A DNA stretch of 64,000 nucleotides from Candidatus Marinacidobacterales bacterium (GCA_965237955.1 OZ250169.1:7424001-7488000); one strand, 5' to 3'; counted from the first letter of the stretch, positions 18,081 through 29,121 are shown. Translations and numbers: made by a program. Notes: generated by a model from the sequence alone, not told the origin.

Positions 18081-19583
18081 TCAGCTCCCAGGATTCGAGG
18101 AAGTAGGACCGGGGGAGAGGTCGACAACCTGCTCGAGGATCCCGGTGGCAGGATCGTACTTCCAAAGCTCCCGCCCCGTGGTGGCGCCGTCGTCGGCGTT
18201 GAAGTACAACACGTCGTTCACGTCCGACAGCTCTGTAGGACCGCTAGTTACGCCTATGCCCACCTGCGTCGTGGGACCGGGGAGAATGTCGGAAACCAGC
18301 GCAGTCATCCCGGTGGCGGGATCGTGGTTCCAAAGCTCCCGCCCCGTGGCGCCGTCGTCGGCGACGAAGAACAAGATGCCGTTCACCTCCGTCATCAGCT
18401 GAGGAAACGACGCGGCGGCACCGGGGTTGATGTCGGCAACTAGCGCGGTCACACCGGTGGCGGAATCGTGCTTCCAAAGCTCCCGCCCCATGACGCCTTC
18501 GTCGACGTTGAAGAACACGGCGTCGTTCAATTCCGACAAAGCGGTAGGAAACGACCCCCCGGGACCGGGGATGATGTCGGCAACCAGCGCGCTCACGCCG
18601 GTGCCTGGATCATGCTTCCAAAGCTCGGCCCCCGCAGCGCCATCGTCGGCGACGAAGAACAAGGCGTCGTTTACCTCAGTCAGATCGACAGGAGACGACG
18701 AGCTGGCACCGGGGGAGACGTCGACAACTCGCGAGGTCACACCAGTGGCGGGATCGTGCTTCCAAACTTCACTCCCCGTGTTGCCGTCGTTGGCGGTGAA
18801 GAACAAGGCGCCGTTCACCTCCGTCAGCTCGTCAGGAACCGCCCCGGGTTCACCGGGGTAGATGTCGGCAACTCGCGAGGTCACACCGGCGGCAAGATCG
18901 TGCTTCCAAAGCTCCCGCCCCGTGCTGCAGTCGTCGGCGGTGAAGAACAAAGCGCCGTTCAGCGCAATCAGGTCTTGAGGTGTCGACGAGAAGGCACCGG
19001 GGCAGACGTCGATCCCCGTCGTCGTGCCGGTGGCGGGATCGTGCTTCCAAAGCTCAACCCCAATGCCGCCGTCGTTGGCGGCGAAGAACAAGGCACCGTT
19101 CACCGTCGTCAGCGTGATGGGACCCCCCCCGAATTCGCCAGGCCAGATGTCAGCAACCCGCGCGGTCACGCCTGTTGCGGGATCGTGCATAAAAAGCTCG
19201 CGCCCCGTGCCGTCGTTGGCGTTGGCGCTGAAGAACAACACCTCGTTCTCCGCCGCCAGCTCGCTAGGGAGCTTGGTCAGGTTGTTAGGGCTCCCCGACG
19301 CTTCGCCACCGGGAGCGATGTCCGCTACCAGAACAGTTCCACCGGCAGTACCGTCCGTAGCCCACAGCTCACGCCCGGTGCTCACGGTTTGGGCAGCGAA
19401 ATAAATGAGTCCTCCAATTTCCACGATTCCGCCCAGCACGAATTCGTCCTCGTCTTGCCCCTGGACCGGCAGGGCAATCAGCCCCATTGTCAAAACGAGT
19501 ATCCAGACGCACAGAGCACGTCCGGTTCGGCCCGAGAAGATGAGTATTGCTGGGCAGATGTGACATAGACTTTCAAAGTTCAT
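18081..19583 (-). CDS. ELWxxDGT-repeat secreted beta-propeller protein (3' end frameshifted/truncated)
   Basis: Nine G.ELW.HDPATG-type repeats at ~48-aa period; a tenth repeat continues in another frame at ~18015-18090. Confidence 0.85.
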   Translation of the reverse strand: MNFESLCHICPAILIFSGRTGRALCVWILVLTMGLIALPVQGQDEDEFVLGGIVEIGGLIYFAAQTVSTGRELWATDGTAGGTVLVADIAPGGEASGSPNNLTKLPSELAAENEVLFFSANANDGTGRELFMHDPATGVTARVADIWPGEFGGGPITLTTVNGALFFAANDGGIGVELWKHDPATGTTTGIDVCPGAFSSTPQDLIALNGALFFTADDCSTGRELWKHDLAAGVTSRVADIYPGEPGAVPDELTEVNGALFFTANDGNTGSEVWKHDPATGVTSRVVDVSPGASSSSPVDLTEVNDALFFVADDGAAGAELWKHDPGTGVSALVADIIPGPGGSFPTALSELNDAVFFNVDEGVMGRELWKHDSATGVTALVADINPGAAASFPQLMTEVNGILFFVADDGATGRELWNHDPATGMTALVSDILPGPTTQVGIGVTSGPTELSDVNDVLYFNADDGATTGRELWKYDPATGILEQVVDLSPGPTSSNPGS

Positions 19584-20031
19584 TGTGTGCTCCTTCCGAC
19601 AAGCTGCAAACTCTGGGCGGGTCGGGAAACCAGCAAGTGAGCTAGTATGTACCGTCGTGCAGGACGAAGTCAAAAGTGTCGCCGTCGACGTCCGGTTGCC
19701 TTGACTGGCCCCCGAGACGCGAAAGGCGACACGCTCCGCCTCCAAAAGCAAGCCACCGAGGCCTCGAGCCTGAGGTAGTTAACGCCAACCGAGCTGGCAG
19801 ACCAATGGGGCTAGAGCCAGAAACACAACGGAAGAGAACCACTCCAAGACGCAAATCCCACTGCCTTTTGCCTGGGGAGACGTGTAAACTATTGCGGCTG
19901 CCGTATTAAGTCCTTGAGAATAACCTAATTTCACCAAATAGAAACAAGCCCCAATAAGGCATTAGAGCTGTTGATGCATGGCCGGGTTGGATCTGCAGCA
20001 CACGTTCATAGTGGGCCACTGATTCAACCCT

Positions 20032-21599
20032 TCAATGGACCCCCACCGCCGTCCAAGCCCTAGCCACTTCTCGCTCCTCGCGGCTTCCCTCCCCGTAGAG
20101 CTCACGCGCCGCCTGAAGGGTGGTGGCCCGGGCGGCACTGAAGTTCCCCCGCTCGGTGTCATCAAGAAGACGAAGGCACGGTAAAAGATAGCCTCGGCGC
20201 GATCGGCTTGCGCCCTACCCAACCCGTTCACGGTAATGTTGGAAGTGCGGTTGGTACCCCCTTCCACCAGCAGGTAAAAAGCGTGGTTGCCGATACTGGA
20301 ATTGATGTGTACCCCCCCATTGCCGAATTCAGGCGCACAGATGGGGGGCAAACAGCGCTTGCTGTAGTGATCGGGAAGGCCGGACGCGCCGGGGTTTGCC
20401 ATGTCGCGGACGACGGAGCCGAAAGAAAAGAAAAGATCCTCGCCGAGCACCCAATCTGCTTCCAGCCGCTCGTTGCCGACCGGTTGAATAAAAAACTCCA
20501 CTGCCGCGCTCATGATGTCCGAGAAAGCCTCGTTCAACGCCCCCGACTCGTTCAGGAAAATGAGATCGGAACTGAACTGCGTAACGCCATGAGTGAACTC
20601 GTGCGCCACCACATCGAGGGCCGATGAAAAGAAGTTGAAGCGGATACCATCGCCGTCGCCGTAGTTCAAGCTGTTGTCCACGGGATCGAAGAAAGCGTTG
20701 TTGAAACTCGCGGTTTGGGGCTGGATGTGAACGAAGCTCATAGCCACCAGGTCGCGGTCGTCCAGCCCGCGGCGTCCATGGCGCTTGAAATAGTAGTCAT
20801 AGGTGTATCCCGAGTACGTGTGAGCGTCTACTACAGCGCCATCGTTCCAGTCGTTGTCGGGATCGGTTGCGATTTTTGACTCACCGATGTCGTAGCGAAA
20901 CCAGGCATCGAAGTCGAACGCCACGTCGACGGTCTTGATGCCGGCCGGCCTGAGAAGATCGGAGGCACGGTGCGTGTTCTGGCTTCGATCGACGCTCATC
21001 TTCTTGGCGTCCGACCAGCTACAGGTGGCGCGCCCTACGAGGGCATCGGTTCTTAGATCGTTGTAACGCAAAAGGGTCTTTCCGGTTACGGCGTCGACGA
21101 ACACGGCATCGAGGGCGTCCGGGCTCCGAAGGTGAAAGTAGTATGCGAGAGCGTAGCGCTCGTCAAGGGGCAAGATCAGGAACTCCACGGGTCCAACCAG
21201 TCGCTCTCCTTGCGACCGACGAGCTTGGCCGACCGCTTCGGTCCCCGAGAGGGAAGGAAAGATATCGAGGTCGATATCGGTGTGGAGGGCTCCTACCACC
21301 GTGATCACCCGTCGCGACTCTTTCTACCGCACCACTTGACCGCCAAAGACCCGCAGCCCCCGATAGTATTGGTTCAATCGCTCGTGCACCCGCCCCGCGA
21401 TCTGCGAATCGAGCTGGCTCCTGACCGCGAAGAGCTCCCCTCCTCGGAGCATGTCCTCCACTTCCAGGTTGGCACGCTCTAGATGGTCCGATTGGGCAGC
21501 GGAGACGGGTTGAGGCGCACGGAGAGTTTGGGCGAGGGCGGACTGCGCTAAAGGGCCTACAAATATAGCGAGCCATACAAAGGCTTTTGGATGTCGCAT
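20032..21599 (-). pseudogene. M4 (thermolysin-like) metallopeptidase, interrupted
   Basis: HEFTH, GALNEAFSD, GGVHINSSI; in-frame TAG at 21324-21326 in the propeptide and a frameshift near 20150. Confidence 0.85.
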
Positions 21600-21823
21600 T
21601 GGTTAATCTCTCGGCGTGCGGAAAGTTCGGCCTCGGTCGGGAGCGATCATCGCAACGGCTGCTGAGCCACTATACGATTCTCAATCCGCCCCGTATTGGC
21701 AGGAATCCGGAGGCGCTTGAACTCAGTCAGATCGGGCGTCAAGCAAGTCGAGCAAGTAAAAGAATCAGATCAGGAAAAAATCGCGCCGATGTGCGCGCGC
21801 CGACATCAACGGACAGCGTAGCT

Positions 21824-21852
21824 TTGACAACCCCGCGACGTGCCGATATGAT
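21824..21852 (+). promoter_or_regulatory. Sigma70-like promoter
   Basis: TTGACA-17 bp-TATGAT. Confidence 0.55.
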
Positions 21853-21910
21853 TGCACCGCTGAGCCTACCCTACCATGCTTAGTCTTGCTCACACGAGCC
21901 TATGATGTGA

Positions 21911-22521
21911 TTGCTTGGCCTGGTCTTGGTGCTCGCGATGGCCGCCTCGCTCGCCGGGTGCGGGGGAAGCCCGAGCGGTTCCTCGACCACCTCGAGCGCG
22001 CCCCCAACGACGACCATCCCGGGCGTCTCGCGCTTCTATGGAACCTACAACGCGATTTTCGAAAAGGTCCTCGATACTGGCTGCGACATCGCGTTCGCCG
22101 AGCAGGCACTATCACGCTGTCCGGCGATCCCGACGGGTCGAACGTGACGATGGAGGTAGACCAATTCAGCGGATATAAACCTCGACGGTTGGGCGACGCC
22201 GAAGCGCCGATGGATTCCGCGCCCGTTGCCGTCATCAAACGCAGTTCGTGGCTCACGCCCCGGACTTACGGCGGGAGCATCGACGCCGAGGGGCGTTTTG
22301 GGGGCAGTGAGGAGTTTGAATTTGTGACCAATCCACTTTCACTAACGCGAGACGGTGCGCGTCGACACAACCTCCTAAGCACGATTGAGGGCACGGTCCA
22401 AGGACCCCTCGGCGAGATATCGGGTCTCGAAACTATGCTTTTCGGCCTCAGCATCCTGGCTAGCGGATCCCGCGGATGCCCGGGCAAGGAAGTGCGCCTC
22501 GGGTTCACCGGGACACCTTGA
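21911..22521 (+). pseudogene. Lipoprotein of unknown function, frameshifted near 22110
   Basis: Lipobox LAGC in one frame; continuation (GTITLSGDPDG...) in the overlapping frame. Confidence 0.55.
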
Positions 22522-22574
22522 AGTCCGGCGTCTGAGTGCGCCGGTAACGTTGTTCTCCATCAAAGATATTCAGA

Positions 22575-24650
22575 GTGAACCCAGCGGCCAACTGCAAACG
22601 GATCCTCACCGGCCTTTCGTTCGTTCTCGCGATCTCCGGAGCTGCTGGGGCCGAGGGGCAGGCTCGAGAGCTCCTGGAACGCTTCCCGCTGCCTTATGAG
22701 GCGGAGTTCGTGGGCTCCGAGAAGTGCGGCGCATGCCACACCTTGCACCTTCAATGGCAGAGAACCCACAACATGGCCCTGACTGGCCGGAGCGTCAATT
22801 TGGAGACTCGCGAGACGTGGTTCTCTCCCGCTCGCCTCGAAAAACCAACCGTAGACGAGGAGGGTGAGGCCGGCAAGTTACGGTATCGCCGTACCGCGGA
22901 GGGGGTGGTGCTCGAAGCGGCAGCGGACCGAGATTTCCGGAACATCCTCGACCAGGTAGAGGTGGCGGTCGTATTCGGCTCGGGGGCCAGGAGGACGAGC
23001 CCGATTAGCGTCGAGAAGGGAAAGTCGATGCGAGAGCTGCGATTGGCTTATACGTCCGCCTACGATAGTTGGATTCTCGCGCCGGGCGCAGAATACGAAG
23101 CCGACCCCCTTGGCGCTCCCAAATCAACCGCGGACACCCACCGATGTTTCTTCTGCCACGCCACGCTTCTTGACTGGAAAGAGGAGCGGCTGGACGCGGA
23201 GGCATCGGTCCTTGGAGTTCATTGCGAGCGCTGCCACGGTCCTGGAAGCGCCCACCTCCAAGCGGTTCTCGACTCCGAAAGCGACCCAAAGATTCGGAAT
23301 CCCGGTTTGCTGCCGGCCCGGGAGCAAGTGATCTTTTGTAGCCAGTGTCACCGAGATCCTGTCGGTATCGATGTGGATCCGGAGCAAGTCCTCACCCGCG
23401 ACTCACGTCTCGCGCGCCACGCTGGCGCCAGCTTGATGCTGAGCAAATGCTTCTGGCAGTCGCCTCCCGAGAGCACCATCTCCTGCATCCAGTGCCACGA
23501 CCCTCACCGCAACGTGGACCCCGAAGTCGATCCCTACCAGAAGACCTGCCTGCGCTGCCACGATTCGCCCGCGGAGGCGCATCGATACGAGAACGTCACC
23601 TCCGCTTCGAATTGCATTCCTTGCCACATGCGGACCGAGCAGCAGGGTTTTCAGGGCGTAAGCTACACCGACCACTGGATCCGCATCCCCAGCAAGCGGG
23701 CACCCCTCGAGCCCCAGGAGGAGGACGACTACTTACGCTACCTCGAGCGGAGCTACCGGGTTGCGGTGGCCGAGGACGAGCCCCGAGAGCCGCAAGAGCA
23801 GGCGGCTCTCCTCATCTCTTTCGGGGAGGTGCTGTACCGTCTCGAAGACTACGAGGAAGCCTTCTCCTGGCTGCGCCGGGGCCTCGCCTTCAGCCCGCGT
23901 GTCACGTCGCCTGTCCCGTTACCGCTGATTCTTCGCCCGCAAGCCAAGGCCGCCGAGATGTTCCGGCAATCGGGGAAAGTGGACGAGGCCATCCAGGTGC
24001 TGGAGCGCATCACCATCGACTTTCCCTTTTTTGCCCCAACCCATGTCCAGCTGGGACAGTTGCACGAGTCGCAGGGGCGCCTGGACGAGGCCGTCAGCCG
24101 ATACCGAAAGGCAGTCGAGGTCCAACCGGAGCTGGCGTTCGCGCACGTGCGATTGGGGGCAGGGCTCACCTCTAAGGGAGAGCTCGATGAGGCCAGGGAA
24201 CATCTACAGAAGGCCCTCGTGATCCATCCGAGCGATGCCGAAGCGCACTACCTATTGGCGGAAGCCTGGAGATGGAGTGCCCGGCCGCACGAGGCTCTCG
24301 AGCATTACCGGGAAGCGCTGCGTCTTTCCCCCGACTCGCTTCCAGCGCTTACGGGCGCGGCCCGGGTTTTAGCCACCTATCCCGACTCCGGCGTACGCGA
24401 CCCGGAAGAAGCGGTTCGCCTCGCCGAGCGCGCCGCGGCGCAGACCGGCTACCAGGACCCGACTATCCTGGACACCCTGGCGGCCGCCTACGCGGCCTCG
24501 GGAGATTTCGAGACCGCCGTTAAGGCTGCCGAAAAGGCCGTGGCGCTCGCCGAAGCCGCAGGTGCGGAGGAGGTGGCGGTAGAGGAGATACGGGAGCGCT
24601 TGCGGTTATATCAGCAAGGACAGCCCTTTTTGGCAAAGGAACGCCGTTGA
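22575..24650 (+). CDS. Multiheme cytochrome c (c554-like, 7 CxxCH) with TPR C-terminus
   Basis: CGACH, CFFCH, CERCHGPGSAH, CSQCH, CIQCHDPH, CLRCH, CIPCHM, TDHWI; TPRs. Confidence 0.9.
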   Translation: MNPAANCKRILTGLSFVLAISGAAGAEGQARELLERFPLPYEAEFVGSEKCGACHTLHLQWQRTHNMALTGRSVNLETRETWFSPARLEKPTVDEEGEAGKLRYRRTAEGVVLEAAADRDFRNILDQVEVAVVFGSGARRTSPISVEKGKSMRELRLAYTSAYDSWILAPGAEYEADPLGAPKSTADTHRCFFCHATLLDWKEERLDAEASVLGVHCERCHGPGSAHLQAVLDSESDPKIRNPGLLPAREQVIFCSQCHRDPVGIDVDPEQVLTRDSRLARHAGASLMLSKCFWQSPPESTISCIQCHDPHRNVDPEVDPYQKTCLRCHDSPAEAHRYENVTSASNCIPCHMRTEQQGFQGVSYTDHWIRIPSKRAPLEPQEEDDYLRYLERSYRVAVAEDEPREPQEQAALLISFGEVLYRLEDYEEAFSWLRRGLAFSPRVTSPVPLPLILRPQAKAAEMFRQSGKVDEAIQVLERITIDFPFFAPTHVQLGQLHESQGRLDEAVSRYRKAVEVQPELAFAHVRLGAGLTSKGELDEAREHLQKALVIHPSDAEAHYLLAEAWRWSARPHEALEHYREALRLSPDSLPALTGAARVLATYPDSGVRDPEEAVRLAERAAAQTGYQDPTILDTLAAAYAASGDFETAVKAAEKAVALAEAAGAEEVAVEEIRERLRLYQQGQPFLAKERR

Positions 24651-24819
24651 GCTTGGCATCCTAGATGGCTAGTGTTCCGCTTCAGCGGAAATGAGACTTT
24701 CTGCAAGTGACGGGTTCTCTCCCCTGCCTGGGTGAACTGCCATGGTATCGCCACCGGGAGGATAGGGCACTGCTGGGAAGCAACCCGAGCGCCCGGTGGC
24801 CGGAATACGGTTGGCATTA

Positions 24820-25866
24820 TTACGCACTGTGTTCATGCTCCCGGGCTCCGGTATGAGCCAAACCGGATCCGCTCAAAGCGGAAAATCCCGGGGGTTCGGG
24901 GGCAGAGCCCCCGTTCGCTATGTGACAACTGGATTCTCCGAGCCGTTTGAGGTTTTCTTCGCGGCGATGCTTGCGTGCGTTCTCGAGTTTGTCGAGACGT
25001 ACCTGCTTGCGCTCTTCGTGACGGAGGAGAAACCGGTCTTCGGGCGTGAGGTATTCGATTCCTGCGTGGAGCCTCTTTGCGTTGTAAATCTCTATCCATT
25101 CTCCGATGATGTCTTTCGCGTGAAGCTGATTGCGAAGCTCCTTGTCGGAGAGGCCCTCCTCGCGCAACGTGCGATGAAATCGCTCGATTGCACCGTTGGA
25201 CTGCGGATGATGAATGCGAATACGAATCTGCTTCAATGAGAAGTGCTTGATGAGTTTGCGGAAGTCCTTGCTGGTAAATTGGCTGCCGTTGTCGTTGACA
25301 ATCTGGGGCCGTTCTCCAGGGTAGCGCTCCAGTGCTGCATGGACCACATCCGTCACTTCGGCGGCGGTCATGCGCGACAGCAGTTCCCAGTACACGATGT
25401 AGCGCGAGAAGCCGTCCAGCACTCCGATGAAGAAATACCACCGTCCCGCGATCCACAGGTACATCAAGTCCGTATGCCAGCGTTCGTGGGGGCGTTTCGG
25501 AAGTTCGGGCTTGCGGCCTACGGACGGTGTGGCATTCCACCTTGCGAGCAAATCGTTCCGGTCCAGAATGCGGTACACGCTGCTCGGGCTCAGGCAAACG
25601 ACATCCTCGTCCACCATCATCCAGCACAGCCGCCGGTAGCCGTCCCGTGGGTGTGCTAAAGCATAGACCGTCACCGCCTCCTCCTCTTCGGCAAGCACCT
25701 GGTCCAAGTCTGGTGCCTTGGGCTTGATGTCCTCCAGCGCTCCCTCCTTGCGCCTCTTTTGCCAGCGGTAGTACAGCGAGCGAGAGAGCCCGAGCTTCGA
25801 GACAACCCATTCCAGCTTCACCCGGCTTCTCTCCATCGTCTGCTCGATACAATCCAAAATCCTCAA
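24820..25866 (-). CDS. IS3-family transposase OrfB (DDE)
   Basis: WHTDLMY, DGFSRYIV, DNGSQF, PQSNGAIERFHRTL; in the -1 frame relative to orfA. Confidence 0.92.
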   Translation of the reverse strand: MRILDCIEQTMERSRVKLEWVVSKLGLSRSLYYRWQKRRKEGALEDIKPKAPDLDQVLAEEEEAVTVYALAHPRDGYRRLCWMMVDEDVVCLSPSSVYRILDRNDLLARWNATPSVGRKPELPKRPHERWHTDLMYLWIAGRWYFFIGVLDGFSRYIVYWELLSRMTAAEVTDVVHAALERYPGERPQIVNDNGSQFTSKDFRKLIKHFSLKQIRIRIHHPQSNGAIERFHRTLREEGLSDKELRNQLHAKDIIGEWIEIYNAKRLHAGIEYLTPEDRFLLRHEERKQVRLDKLENARKHRREENLKRLGESSCHIANGGSAPEPPGFSALSGSGLAHTGAREHEHSA

Positions 25867-25898
25867 CTTCTCGTGCGGCTCGAAACGACACCGGTCGA

Positions 25899-26192
25899 CT
25901 AGCTTCCAAGCGTTTTTTTTAGGTCCAGATTCTCCATGGTGATCTCTACCACCACCGATTTCATCCTCTCAAGCTCTTGACGCAGCTTCTCCTCGCGGCG
26001 AGACGCCTTCTCCTTCTTGCCATTCTGAAATGATTCCAGTGTCGCCTCCTCCGATTGTTTCAGCCACTGATAGTACTGCCCTGTATTCAATGCGTGGCGC
26101 CGACACACCTCGGACACCGTCGCACCACTCTCCTGGCACTCCTTGAGTATCTGCAGCTTCTCCTTCGCTGACCAACGTTTCCTGCCGTCCAT
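25899..26192 (-). CDS. IS3-family transposase OrfA (HTH)
   Basis: RKRWSAKEKLQIL...TVSEVCRRH..QYYQW; LKK at the slippery site. Confidence 0.9.
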   Translation of the reverse strand: MDGRKRWSAKEKLQILKECQESGATVSEVCRRHALNTGQYYQWLKQSEEATLESFQNGKKEKASRREEKLRQELERMKSVVVEITMENLDLKKTLGS

Positions 26193-26303
26193 CTCTGCCT
26201 TCTCCCTTCGTTGAGTATAAGACAGAGGCGAAAACCGTCACTTACTACGACCCCCAAAAGTCTCATTTTGGCTGAACCAATACAGCTACTCTCGCCAGCT
26301 CGG

Positions 26304-28250
26304 TTACTCGCGGTTCTTCTCGAGATGCGACCTAACCAGTTTTAGGTGTTTTTGTGCTTCGACATGGCCGGGTTGGATCTGCAGCACCCGTTCATAGTGG
26401 GCCGCAGCCTCGACCAAAATCCCTTGTCGGGCGAGAGCGTTGCCGAGGCTCAAGTGCGCCAGAACTGAGTCGGGCTTGATTGACACGGCCTGACGATAGT
26501 GACGGATCGCTTCTTCGCTGCTACCTTGGACCAACAGGGCCTTGCCCAAGTTGTAGTGCACATCAGCGAAGTCGGGCCAGGCCCGCAGTGCACTACGAAA
26601 ATGCCGGATCGCTTCCTCGCTGTCCCCCTGCATCAACAGTGCGGCACCGAGATTGTTGTGCGCTAAAGCCAGGTCCGGATCGACTCGCAAAGCCTGACGA
26701 AAGAGCCTCATCGCGTCGTCCGTCTTACCCTGCACTAGCAGCACGGAGCCCAGGTTGTTGTGCGCTAGGGCAAAGTCTGGTTTGATCTCGACGGCGCGAC
26801 GATAATGTCGAATCGCTTCCTCTCGCTTACCTCGAGCCGATAGCATGTTGCCCAGGTCATAGTGTGGTTGGGCATCTCCGGGAGTGGTGCGAATTCGATG
26901 TTTGTAGCCGTCGAGGCGCGCCTGATGATCCTTTATCGCAAAATCGCGTTTCAGAATCGCCAGGTCGGCGCTATCGGTAGGCACCACCTGAAGCCACAAG
27001 TCCCCCATGTCATCCGATGATCGCATACCGTATACCACACGCCGGGGAGGATGGTACGGGTTGAACACATTGTCGGAGGAGTTGTCGTAGGTGTATTCCA
27101 TTTCGAGCCTGGTACCCCGGGGTAAGAAGACCGGCTTGGCGAATCGATACTCGTCCTGCCAGTTGAAATCCCATTCCTTGATACGGATGAGCCACCTCGT
27201 CGTGCCATCCGGAAGCGTGGCATAGCCTTTCATGTCCCGTGCCAGGTAATGGGCATGCGGGTACACGCCGAGCACTTCCACGTCGACCGGCAACTCGTAG
27301 GTGTCTTTGATCACATAGTCTTTCTTTCCGGCAGGAATGTCGATGGTGTTCGAGCCAAGCCTGAGTGCGAGAGGAACGCGCGTTGGTGCCTTCTCGGTAA
27401 AGTAGAATCCTACCGCACAGCGAACCACCTCTGACTTGCCGCTCGGCAGAAAGTGCACCTTGAGGACGAGATCGCTGCCTTTCTCCAAGAGCCAGGCCAT
27501 GCCCTCGGGGGAAGCTATCGGGACCTTGCCCGGTGTCCAGGCCAAGAATTGGCCGTCGGGGCTCCTGGCCTCTCCGGCATACATGCCGTCATAGCCCGGC
27601 TCGGGATCTTGGTCATCGAGATATCGGGTCGAGCGCCTTTCATCAATTTGCATTACGGTGTGATGGACGATTTGCGGATTACCTCCTCGAAATTCGAGGG
27701 CTCTCACGTATCTCCTGGTCGGTAACGGTATCGGGATCACGAAGCTGCGAAACACATCTCGACCCCCGGCCGGCAGGGTGTAAGGCTCAGCCATTTCGAT
27801 CACCAGATCCGGTTCGCCGAGTTGCCAGCCCTCGGTAAACTGCGGCAGTGGGGGCAAATCATCCGGGTCTCCCTCCAGGGCGCCGTCCTCGACCCACTTG
27901 CGGAGGGTGGCGATTTGGTCGGACGTGAGGCGGCGCTGGCCCTGGAATTCGCCGTATCCTTCTTCAGGCAGCCAAGGTGGCATGAACCGACTTCCGGTGA
28001 CGACCGCAATCTGTTGAGCCCGTTTCCGTACATCTTGGTAGCTCAACAAGCTGAACGGCGCCGACTCCCCGGGGCGATGACAAGCCGCACAGTTTTCAAA
28101 CACAATCGGCGCAATATCCTGGTTGAACGTCAACCTGTTTGAAGAGCCTAGAAGGCTCGCGTCCTGAGATCGCACTCCTGTCGTCGCGCCGAATACAACG
28201 ACGCTTGGGAAGATGAGTATTACGAGGGCTAAGTGGGCCGAGCGGGTCAT
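26304..28250 (-). CDS. Monoheme + copper type II monooxygenase-like domain + TPR protein
   Basis: TF..DIAPI...CAACHRPG..APFSL, MPPW, VHH, PHAHYLA, WDFNWQ, DDM; TPRs. Confidence 0.85.
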   Translation of the reverse strand: MTRSAHLALVILIFPSVVVFGATTGVRSQDASLLGSSNRLTFNQDIAPIVFENCAACHRPGESAPFSLLSYQDVRKRAQQIAVVTGSRFMPPWLPEEGYGEFQGQRRLTSDQIATLRKWVEDGALEGDPDDLPPLPQFTEGWQLGEPDLVIEMAEPYTLPAGGRDVFRSFVIPIPLPTRRYVRALEFRGGNPQIVHHTVMQIDERRSTRYLDDQDPEPGYDGMYAGEARSPDGQFLAWTPGKVPIASPEGMAWLLEKGSDLVLKVHFLPSGKSEVVRCAVGFYFTEKAPTRVPLALRLGSNTIDIPAGKKDYVIKDTYELPVDVEVLGVYPHAHYLARDMKGYATLPDGTTRWLIRIKEWDFNWQDEYRFAKPVFLPRGTRLEMEYTYDNSSDNVFNPYHPPRRVVYGMRSSDDMGDLWLQVVPTDSADLAILKRDFAIKDHQARLDGYKHRIRTTPGDAQPHYDLGNMLSARGKREEAIRHYRRAVEIKPDFALAHNNLGSVLLVQGKTDDAMRLFRQALRVDPDLALAHNNLGAALLMQGDSEEAIRHFRSALRAWPDFADVHYNLGKALLVQGSSEEAIRHYRQAVSIKPDSVLAHLSLGNALARQGILVEAAAHYERVLQIQPGHVEAQKHLKLVRSHLEKNRE

Positions 28251-28813
28251 TGCAAATCCGGGATAAAGCAGCCCACGGCACGGGTTATGGCGCGGTCCAC
28301 CGGCCTCCCCTCGAGGATCGCCTGTAGGGCTTCCTCGAGATCGTGTTGGGTCGGTTTCGCCCGTGCCTTGCCAAAATCGACGTAGCGGTCATCAATACGG
28401 CCGCGATACACCATCCGCCTACCGGGCACGAAGACGGCGACCTCCGGTGTCACCTTCACCTGAGTCTTCGTGACCAGCCTGTGTTGCGGATCGCGCAGAA
28501 CACCCAAGGGATAACCGTATTCCTTCACATGTTCACGGATGGCTTTCACCGATTCGTCCGGATCGGGATACACGAGCCAGAACCGGACGTTGTCAGACTT
28601 GAACTTCGCTTGCAGCCGTAGGATCTCCGGTGCGTAACGATTCGAGATCGGACAATCGGTACGGGTGAAGAGAAAAACAGTCGCCCTGGCATCCGTCTGC
28701 TGGAAGGGGTCGACCTCGCGACCCTCCAAATCGAGCAATCGCAACTGCGTCGATAACCCTGCCTCTCCATAGCGTAGGAGTGCCACCGCCACGGCCCACA
28801 AGACCGTTACCAT
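28247..28813 (-). CDS. Redoxin (AhpC/TSA-like) domain protein
   Basis: TDCPISNRYAP, TPEVAV, YRGRIDD, AVGC. Confidence 0.85.
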   Translation of the reverse strand: MVTVLWAVAVALLRYGEAGLSTQLRLLDLEGREVDPFQQTDARATVFLFTRTDCPISNRYAPEILRLQAKFKSDNVRFWLVYPDPDESVKAIREHVKEYGYPLGVLRDPQHRLVTKTQVKVTPEVAVFVPGRRMVYRGRIDDRYVDFGKARAKPTQHDLEEALQAILEGRPVDRAITRAVGCFIPDLQ

Positions 28814-28992
28814 CCGCCGAGTCGTCCGTCCGCTCGGTAGCACGCTGCGACTCCTAATCCTTTACGGGTCGGGGGTTACGGGAACACCCCTGCCGCTCGT
28901 TCATAACGATCCGTATACTCGCTCCCATTATACTCACCCCCCGAGTACCCAGCGACAGCCACGGTTTGCTGTCCTTGTTGATTGTCTTGCTC

Positions 28993-29121
28993 GGCGTTGG
29001 TGCATGAATCAGTTCGGGACACGCACGGGACCTTTTGGCGGCCCAACTTACTCCCCGACGATCGCTTGGGATTTAGGCTTGCCCAGCTCAGCCATCCGGT
29101 TCAATACATTGCACCCGATCC
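28993..29121 (-). pseudogene. IS5/IS903-group transposase 3' end and IR remnant
   Basis: GGCGTTGGTGCATGAATC end; RIGCNVLNRMAELGKP..; near-identical to 49146-49272. Confidence 0.8.

Larger units (their letters stand above)
24673..26284 (-). mobile_element. IS3-family element
   Basis: IRs TGTTCCGCTTCAGCGGAAATGAGAC / TGTATTGGTTCAGCCAAAATGAGAC; orfA+orfB with an A8 run at 25913-25920. Confidence 0.9.

Noticed and set aside
19600-19950. Riboswitch upstream of the ELWxxDGT gene
   Set aside because: No recognisable aptamer consensus or terminator by eye; needs an Rfam scan
21324-21326. Pyrrolysine/TAG read-through in the M4 peptidase
   Set aside because: The stop is in the non-catalytic propeptide and the gene has a second lesion (frameshift near 20150); ordinary pseudogene
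24833-25909. 358-aa alternative-frame ORF inside IS3
   Set aside because: Overlaps orfB on the same strand with no recognisable motifs; GC-rich shadow ORF
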